From positions 1-10,977 of the forward strand of contig WAKA01000051.1 of the NCBI GenBank assembly GCA_015523565.1: a DNA stretch of 10,977 nucleotides, in the 5' to 3' direction. The notes beneath the pieces are model-generated. The model was not told where the DNA came from and searched no databases. It saw only the letters and a program-made list of their open reading frames with translations. Shown here piece by piece: positions 1 to 6,500 of this stretch (positions within the stretch are counted from its first letter, which is position 1; each line of letters begins with the position of its first letter). Source of the stretch: Candidatus Heimdallarchaeota archaeon (GTDB lineage: Archaea > Asgardarchaeota > Heimdallarchaeia > Heimdallarchaeales > Kariarchaeaceae). The position numbers and the translations under genes are program-made.

Positions 1-121
1 GATACATACCATATTCAATGTCTGCTTGTTTTGACAAAATTTTCAAAAGGAATCTTCTGCTGTTTTCGGGAAGATTGTTTGCAGACCTGAAGACATTTTC
101 CTCAATTTGCTTTTCATCCAT
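1..121 (-). CDS. Partial CDS (N-terminal 40 aa, runs off the left edge); probable ferritin-like di-iron protein of the BoxB/PaaA-PaaC aromatic-CoA epoxidase family
   Basis: Not in the ORF track. ATG at 121 on the - strand, preceded by an in-frame TGA 7 codons upstream, is open to the window edge: MDEKQIEENVFRSANNLPENSRRFLLKILSKQADIEYGMY. The segment LPENSRRFLLKILSKQADIE has the gap-free pattern P-x3-R-x2-L-x2-I-x3-Q-x-D-x-E that I recall for BoxB (VPGExRxxLRRIIVTQGDTE). A TTTTAAAT TATA-like box lies about 25 nt upstream. Confidence 0.6.
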   Translation of the reverse strand, partial: MDEKQIEENVFRSANNLPENSRRFLLKILSKQADIEYGMY

Positions 122-141
122 AAGTGTTATTTTTGTTGTTC

Positions 142-157
142 ATTTAAAACCTGTTCT
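142..157 (-). promoter_or_regulatory. Putative archaeal TATA box (TTTTAAAT) with purine-rich upstream element for the leftward gene; possibly a leaderless transcript
   Basis: The - strand reads AGAACAGG-TTTTAAAT, with the TATA centred about 25 nt upstream of ATG 121. No SD is visible before that ATG. The AT-rich background weakens the signal. Confidence 0.35.
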
Positions 158-171
158 GTCAATCAATGTCC

Positions 172-248
172 TCCAAAAAAATAAAATTGGTGAAAGGTTT
201 TCACTCTACTTTGATCTATGTTTGACCCGAAATTCCAAAAAAATAAAA
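172..248. repeat. Perfect 15-bp direct repeat TCCAAAAAAATAAAA (172-186 and 234-248)
   Basis: Both copies read directly from the sequence; starts are 62 bp apart; located in the divergent intergenic region. Confidence 0.85.
190..204. promoter_or_regulatory. Palindrome GTGAAA-GGT-TTTCAC, candidate transcription-factor operator
   Basis: Perfect 6-bp inverted repeat with a 3-nt spacer, near the midpoint between divergent starts (121 and 282) and between the two direct-repeat copies. Confidence 0.45.
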
Positions 249-269
249 AGAAGGGGTAAATGCAAGGAT

Positions 270-275
270 AGGTGA
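270..275 (+). promoter_or_regulatory. Shine-Dalgarno site AGGTGA for the enoyl-CoA hydratase gene
   Basis: AGGTGA-ATTTTA-ATG(282): 6-nt spacing, complementary to the 16S 3' end (UCACCU). GGTGA is the typical archaeal SD core. Confidence 0.75.
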
Positions 276-281
276 ATTTTA

Positions 282-1127
282 ATGGTAATGGAAACTCCAA
301 AAACACCTGGTGCAACATATATTGATAGTGACAACCTTAGTTTGGTTGAGTTCAGAAAAGATGGAAAGATAGGATATATCGAACTGACCAATGAAAGGAA
401 GATGAATACATACAGCCATGAGTTCTTTGTTCAGATGGATCGGGCAATCATGACTGCCCGGTTTGATCCTGAGGTATCCATTATTGTCATTAGAAACCGT
501 GTGCCTGGTGCGTTTTCCGCAGGTGCTGAAATTTCATATTTGCAGGCTTGCAGTACTGACAGTAAAGGTAATTTTTGTTTACATGGAAATGAGACATTGT
601 TGAAATTGGAACAAACACCAAAAGTTGTCATCGCCGCAATGAATGGGCACACTGTGGGTGGTGGATTGGAAATTGCTCTTGCCGCAGACATTCGAATTGC
701 CGCACGTTCCCCCAATCCTGAAAAAGAGTACAAAATCGGTCTCCCTGAAATTAATTTAGGTGTACTTCCAGGCACAGGCGGTACCCAAAGACTTTGCCGT
801 TTGATTGGCAATTCCCGTGCCATTGAAATGATGATCACTGGTAGGTTATTAACTCCCGATGAGGCATTGGAAATGGGTATTGTCAATCAAGTATTTGACG
901 GAAATGAATTTGAGGAAAAATTGCAAGAATATTTGTCTGTCCTGACATCCAAACCAGGAATGGCCATGGGCCTGATTAAACGTGCTGTTGTTTCTGGATC
1001 GCAAATGAGTCTTCATGAGGGATTGACTCTTGAAAGAGAATTGCAAAACAGGTTGTTTGCCTCTGATGATGCGAAAGAGGGAATACAGGCTTATCTTGAA
1101 AAGCGGAAACCAAATTGGAAAACATAA
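282..1127 (+). CDS. Enoyl-CoA hydratase/isomerase (crotonase superfamily)
   Basis: 281 aa. Oxyanion-hole motifs FSAGAE (78-83) and GHTVGGGLE; both catalytic glutamates present (E130 in GGGLE, E156 in GLPE); LGVLPGTGGTQRL; C-terminal DAKEGIQAYLEKRKPNW; SD upstream. Confidence 0.96.
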   Translation: MVMETPKTPGATYIDSDNLSLVEFRKDGKIGYIELTNERKMNTYSHEFFVQMDRAIMTARFDPEVSIIVIRNRVPGAFSAGAEISYLQACSTDSKGNFCLHGNETLLKLEQTPKVVIAAMNGHTVGGGLEIALAADIRIAARSPNPEKEYKIGLPEINLGVLPGTGGTQRLCRLIGNSRAIEMMITGRLLTPDEALEMGIVNQVFDGNEFEEKLQEYLSVLTSKPGMAMGLIKRAVVSGSQMSLHEGLTLERELQNRLFASDDAKEGIQAYLEKRKPNWKT

Positions 1128-1158
1128 GTAAACCTAAACTATTATTTATTTAGATATA

Positions 1159-1172
1159 CTAAAGCTTTATAC
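1159..1172 (+). promoter_or_regulatory. Putative archaeal BRE + TATA promoter for cdc48 (CTAAAGCTTTATAC)
   Basis: AAA-GC-TTTATA arrangement (TATA 1166-1171) about 35 nt upstream of ATG 1206, with GAGG at 1195-1198 as a possible SD. Suggests cdc48 has its own promoter. Confidence 0.55.
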
Positions 1173-1205
1173 ATTTATTTTCTGTTAATCGTTTGAGGCT
1201 AAAAA

Positions 1206-3572
1206 ATGGTTCACCTGAAAGTGGTTCAAGCTCCTATTGAGGATTTCGGTAAAAAAATTGTCCGTATTTCTCATAATTTAATGGAGGAATACGGCTTTGA
1301 AATTGGGGAAATCATCGAAGTTATTGGTGAAAAACGGACAGGTGCTATTTTAATGCCCATTGGCGAGAAAAACAGGAAATTGCTTTCTGGAATGAAACTA
1401 CATGAGGATTCATATGTTGAAGGTTTCATCATGATGGATGGTTTGACTCGCACTTCAATTGGAGCTTCTCTCGAATCTGTTGTCAGAATTGATAAATCTG
1501 TTTCAAAACCTGCAAAAAAACTAGTTTTAGCCCCTGTAGAAAATGCGGAGATTGACCCAAAAGATATTGATTTTTCTAATTTATATGGACAACCTTTTTC
1601 CACCTATGATTATCTCATACTGAATACACTTGCTTCAGATTCCCAACAGTTGGTATCCACTACATTAAAGGAAGACGATATCCTTAAAGTCCAAGAAGAC
1701 TATCTATCTTCTACAACTTCAACAAGTGAAATTGCAGGTGAACCAAAACATATTGCATTGGCGAGTGAGGGGACGTCAATTTTAGGTGAAACCCGTTTTG
1801 TGGTCATTGACACTCAACCAAACGGGATTGTTGTTGCCACGAAACAAACGAAATATGAAATCGTAAAGCCTCCCACCACTAAACAATTTCAAAAGCGGTC
1901 TGCAAAACTTACTTATGATGATTTTGGTGGATATAAACGGCAGTTAAGACGTCTTCATGAATTAATTGCCCTCCCCCTTCAAAATCCTGATTTCTTTAAA
2001 CAATTGAACATTGATTTCCCTAGGGGCGTTATCATCTCCGGAGTTTCTGGAGTTGGTAAAACCCTTTTGGCAAAGGCAATTGCCAATGAAACAGGTGTTT
2101 ATGTCGTAAAAATCGATCCTTCTGAGGTCATATCATCAAATCTAGATGAATCCGAGAAGAGGATCAAGAAATATTTCAAAGAAGCTGTAATCAATGCCCC
2201 CAGCTTAATCATCATTGACAATATAACAACTATTGCCCCAAATCGCGATCCTATGATGGTTGGTGAATTTACTCGAAGAATTACTTCTGAATTTATTTTT
2301 CAAATAGATCAGTTGCCAAAAGATGTTCCTGTGTTCATCATTGCCACTACCAATAAACCCGAAGACATAGATCCTGGGTTTAGAAGGGCAGATCGACTTG
2401 AAGTAGAGGTTACGTTAACCCCCCCTGACAGGAAAGAAAGAGAAGAGATACTTGCAATCAAAACTCGAGGTGTCCCTTTGGATCCGTCAGTTGATCTTCG
2501 AGAACTTGCTGAACGGACAAAGAGATTTACGGGAGCAGACCTGAATAGGTTGGTAAAAGAGGCGGCTTTGTCTGCCATGAGTAAACTTCTCCCAAGCATT
2601 GATTTCAGGAAAGGCATTCCAAAAACTATTTTGTCGTCACTTCGGATCACCAGGGACAATTTTGAGGAAGCATTTAAGCAACTTGAACCTTCTGCCATGA
2701 AAGAATTCTCTATGGATATCCCAGAAATTACTTGGCATGATATAGGTGGCTTAACTGAGGTTAAGCAAAAATTGATTGAGGCTGTGGAATGGCCCCTAAA
2801 ATATCCTGATGTTTTTGTTGAAATGGGTATTTCCCCTCCTTCTGGTGTTTTATTGTATGGTCCTCCAGGAACTGGAAAGACATTATTGGCAAAAGCTATC
2901 GCCAATGCGTCTGATAGTAATTTCATTGCCGTTCGAGGTCCAGAACTCCTTTCAAAATGGGTAGGTGAGTCTGAAAAGGCAGTAAGGGAGGTTTTTAGAT
3001 TGGCAAGACAAAATGCACCGTCGGTTATTTTCTTTGATGAAATAGATGCATTGGTTCGCACTAGAGGTGGTACAGGGACAGAATCTTGGATGGACAGCCT
3101 GATTAATCAATTGTTAAGCAGTATGGATGGGATTGACAAAAAAGGAAAAATCTTGGTCATTGGTGCAACCAATAGGCCAGATGCTTTAGACCCTGCAATC
3201 ATGAGACCTGGGCGATTTGATAGGCTTATTTATGTACCCATGCCTGATGAAGAAACAAGGCTGGCAATTTTAAAGGTGCATACACAGTTCATGCCACTTG
3301 ATGAAGATGTAAATCTTGCAGAGATTGCGAAAAAGACAAAATATTTTGTCGGTGCAGATCTCGAAAATCTCTGCAGGGAAGCCGCGATAATTGCAATGAG
3401 GGAGGATCTTTTCAAAAGAAAAGTGTCAATGAGACATTTTCTGAAAGCATTAGAGGGTACTGATCCAACGATGTCACCCGAACTCGATGAATATTATAAT
3501 AACTTGTCAAAACACTTGAGAGGTAACATAACGGCAAAAGTTTCCAGAAACACCAGGGATTTATTCATATAA
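1206..3572 (+). CDS. cdc48: CDC48/VCP/VAT-family type II AAA+ ATPase with degenerate D1 domain
   Basis: 788 aa, N-D1-D2 architecture. N domain: EDFGKKIVRI...GEIIEVIGEKRTGA...MDGLTR. D1: TYDDFGG, GVSGVGKT, LIIIDN, ATTNKPEDIDPGFRRADR. D2: TWHDIGGL, VEWPLKYP, GPPGTGKT, ELLSKWVGESE, IFFDEID, ATNRPDALDPAIMRPGRFDR. Confidence 0.95.
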   Translation: MVHLKVVQAPIEDFGKKIVRISHNLMEEYGFEIGEIIEVIGEKRTGAILMPIGEKNRKLLSGMKLHEDSYVEGFIMMDGLTRTSIGASLESVVRIDKSVSKPAKKLVLAPVENAEIDPKDIDFSNLYGQPFSTYDYLILNTLASDSQQLVSTTLKEDDILKVQEDYLSSTTSTSEIAGEPKHIALASEGTSILGETRFVVIDTQPNGIVVATKQTKYEIVKPPTTKQFQKRSAKLTYDDFGGYKRQLRRLHELIALPLQNPDFFKQLNIDFPRGVIISGVSGVGKTLLAKAIANETGVYVVKIDPSEVISSNLDESEKRIKKYFKEAVINAPSLIIIDNITTIAPNRDPMMVGEFTRRITSEFIFQIDQLPKDVPVFIIATTNKPEDIDPGFRRADRLEVEVTLTPPDRKEREEILAIKTRGVPLDPSVDLRELAERTKRFTGADLNRLVKEAALSAMSKLLPSIDFRKGIPKTILSSLRITRDNFEEAFKQLEPSAMKEFSMDIPEITWHDIGGLTEVKQKLIEAVEWPLKYPDVFVEMGISPPSGVLLYGPPGTGKTLLAKAIANASDSNFIAVRGPELLSKWVGESEKAVREVFRLARQNAPSVIFFDEIDALVRTRGGTGTESWMDSLINQLLSSMDGIDKKGKILVIGATNRPDALDPAIMRPGRFDRLIYVPMPDEETRLAILKVHTQFMPLDEDVNLAEIAKKTKYFVGADLENLCREAAIIAMREDLFKRKVSMRHFLKALEGTDPTMSPELDEYYNNLSKHLRGNITAKVSRNTRDLFI

Positions 3573-3598
3573 TTCATAATAATTCAATAATTCAAAAT
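3561..3598. repeat. Short imperfect tandem repeat (ATAATTCA x3) spanning the convergent stop codons
   Basis: ATAATTCA at 3569-3576, 3579-3586 and 3587-3594, preceded by TTATTCA at 3561-3567. Confidence 0.7.
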
Positions 3599-6500
3599 CC
3601 AGTCAAATCCTCTGGTCGTATCCTTTTAATTTCTGCAATAATTGAAACAAAAACCATTACAATCACCCCTATCAAATTTGACACAATTGCTTCCAAATTC
3701 CAAAATTCAAAAATCAGGTCATGTCCAAATAAAGTGATTCTATTGACTCTGACAAATGTAGAAATCAAGAAATAACCTAAAGAATACCCAATCATTGCAT
3801 ATATGGCTATTGTTAAAATCAATCCTCTCGATATGAGAAAAATACTGGTTCGTTTACTGTGACCGATGGTAAGTAAGGTTCTTATCTCTCTTTTTGATAA
3901 TTTGACAAAGAATTCAATTGTATGGATTATATTTATGACTAGAATAAATGAAATAATAAGCAGTTCCGCTAAAAAGACAATTCTAACCAATGTAATTAAA
4001 TTTCCTAGAAATGTTTCTATATATCCTGTTGATTCAATCAATCCTACGTTGATATTGATGGCACCTTTATTAAGCAAACTTTCATCGATATACTGGTCAT
4101 TCAAGCCTGAAAAATCCAAGATTGTTTTTATCGTCATGCTTTCTTTTGCTTCTGTGACAAAATTCACGTTAACTACTTCACCATTACTTAATTCAATTCT
4201 TATATTTAAATCTCCATAAGGGAAGTTAAAAACAACCCACTTTTCAAAAGAATTATCTTTTGAAACAACAATCCCGTTGGATACAACGCCAAGAATTCCA
4301 TGTTCAGCTGTAACGCTTTTAATATAGAAATTTCCTATTTTAATCGTTTCTAAATAGATTGTTTGGTTGAAAATGGGGAGTGTAATCAACAATTGTGAAG
4401 AAAACTGTAAATTTAATGTTTTATTTGTTGTTTGCTCTTCATTGAATATTTGAATGTCATAGGTGGATGCAGGTAACTCAAATTGTTCCAATTCTGAAAT
4501 ATCATTTACAAGAACTTTTCCAGAAATCAAATCTCGAATAATTAATAATCCTTTGTATGGTTTAGTAATGTTGTTGTTGGCGTTATATGTCAGAATTGTG
4601 ACAAATGGGTTGTTTATGAATATCTTAATTGTATGGGAGGTATCATTCACATTAAAATCAAATGGGAGATCTATATCGAGTGACTTTAAAGATGATATTG
4701 TTATTTTTCCCTGCACTAATTCTATTTCTGTGTTGTTCTGTGTTATGTTTGCTGAAGAGACGCCATAAAATTGTACATTGATGTCAAAACTTATCCCAAA
4801 TTGAGGAAAGGCTGTATAATCCCTTGTATAAACTGATATGAGAAACTTGACTGTCGGTTGGTTCAATATGACAAAAAAGGTATTGCTAAATTGATTTCCA
4901 AACTTGTCAATCCCTATTAAATATATATTAATCCGCTCGTTCTTATTTGATTTCAATTCAATTTTCTTGTCATAAATTGAAGTGACACTTGTGTTGTTTT
5001 CAAAAATCTTTGTGTATTTTAAATATCTAAATCCACTAATTACAATAGTCCATTGGGATTGATTCGTTATTTTGGAGGATAGTCCTGACAAATGGTCTAA
5101 TGTAGGGTCGTTGAAGAAAATGTTGTCTCCAATTCTATATGTGCCTTCAGTGATGGAAATCTCATCTGTCTTGTTGACTTGCAGATAACCCCACGAAAAT
5201 TTTAGAATTCCATTTTCCACCATTGTTTTTGCAAATGTATTCTCAAATTTTTTGACATCCAATGTAAAATTGAAACTTTGTGAATTCATAAAAACTGAAA
5301 TTCTATATTTTCCTGAAGGAAGGATAATCTTGCTGTCTGAAATGTTTGCAGGGATAAATTCTGTTCCATTTTCAAATGTAAAAACGTATTTGTATCCATC
5401 TAGTCTAAAAATCCCTGTTGATGTGCTATTTGCAAACAAGAAGTGGGGAATTGGTAGATCTGGAATTGCATTGTCATCAATGACATTCCAGTTAACAGTT
5501 TTAATGAGGACATTTTCGGTGCCAACTATTTGAAATATCTCAAGTGAAGCAGTTGATAGTACATTTGGTATTTGATATGGGAATGATGGATTCACCTCAA
5601 ATCTTTCTCCATTTATTGTTAACACGACTGCATAATCATGCTCATTGAAAGTTATTCTCAAGTCCGACGAATGGATTTCATTTGTTTCCAAACCGAATTC
5701 TGTTCCTGAAGAGTTTGTTATCTGTATTATTTTGGATATGTTTGAGATGAATTCAAAAGAAAGAATTTGAGTTCCTTCAGACAAAGTTAAAACAAGTTGA
5801 TTCTCATTTGTTGTGCCTTCCATCTTTAATTTTGCATATCCTGATTTAATAATGTTAATTGACCAGTTTTCGGAAATGGATAATATTTCCCCTGAATACC
5901 ATATTGGATATTGAACACCCTCAAGCACCTTTGGAATAGGTTCTGGAAGCATCCATCCCGCAAGTTCTGTTCTATTGTCCAAAATTATCTTGAATGATTT
6001 TGTCCAAATTTTCCCCAAAAAATCTTTTCCTGATATTGTTAGACTATATATTCCCCTTTGCTCTGGTAGTTTAACAGATGCTAACTGACCTGTTGAATTA
6101 TCGATTTTTAGTGTATATTGGTTTGCTTTTATTTGTAGTGTTTGAAGATTTATTGCTGTTGTGTTTAGAATGAAGGTGGATCCCACCTCATATCTTTTTC
6201 CATCTATTAAGTCTGTTTGAAGGGTTGTAGTGTTGGTATTAACCTGAAAATTTAATCTTCCAACAGTAGAATTTCCTTCAATTTTTGGATCATTTATTAC
6301 TAACAAGTAAAACCCATTTGTCAGATTCAATTCGATTAGTCCGTTTTCATAATCTATTTCTATATTTTCAGTAAAGTTTCCCCCCGATTTATCATACAAA
6401 AATACTTGATAGTAATCCAATAGACCGTCGACATAGAGGGATGAAATGTTATTCAATAAGACGGCATTTTGTGGCAGATTGAACTTAACTTTTGTGAAAT

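Noticed and set aside
114-143. Alternative minus-strand ATG at 143
   Set aside because: It gives only MNNKNNTYG-stop. It could be a tiny upstream ORF, but it overlaps the TATA-like box and has no other support.
172-248. Direct repeat as a mini-CRISPR array or transposon target-site duplication
   Set aside because: Only two low-complexity 15-bp copies; no cas, transposase or integrase gene and no terminal inverted repeats.
18-275. 85-aa + strand ORF from the track
   Set aside because: It is antisense to the more convincing 121->1 ORF, runs through the A-tract regulatory region, has no recognisable motif, and its stop lies inside the SD of the next gene.
206-1046. Minus-strand ORFs 206-391, 431-886 and 849-1046
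   Set aside because: Antisense shadows of the well-supported crotonase gene, with no motifs.
1271-3415. Minus-strand ORFs 1271-1603, 2309-3061 (250 aa) and 3230-3415
   Set aside because: Entirely antisense to cdc48; Ser/Ile/Phe-rich mirror-frame translations with no domain signal.
1206-3572. cdc48 as a pseudogene or intein-containing gene
   Set aside because: The ORF is full length and uninterrupted, D2 is intact, and the N-domain insert lacks intein splice-junction motifs.
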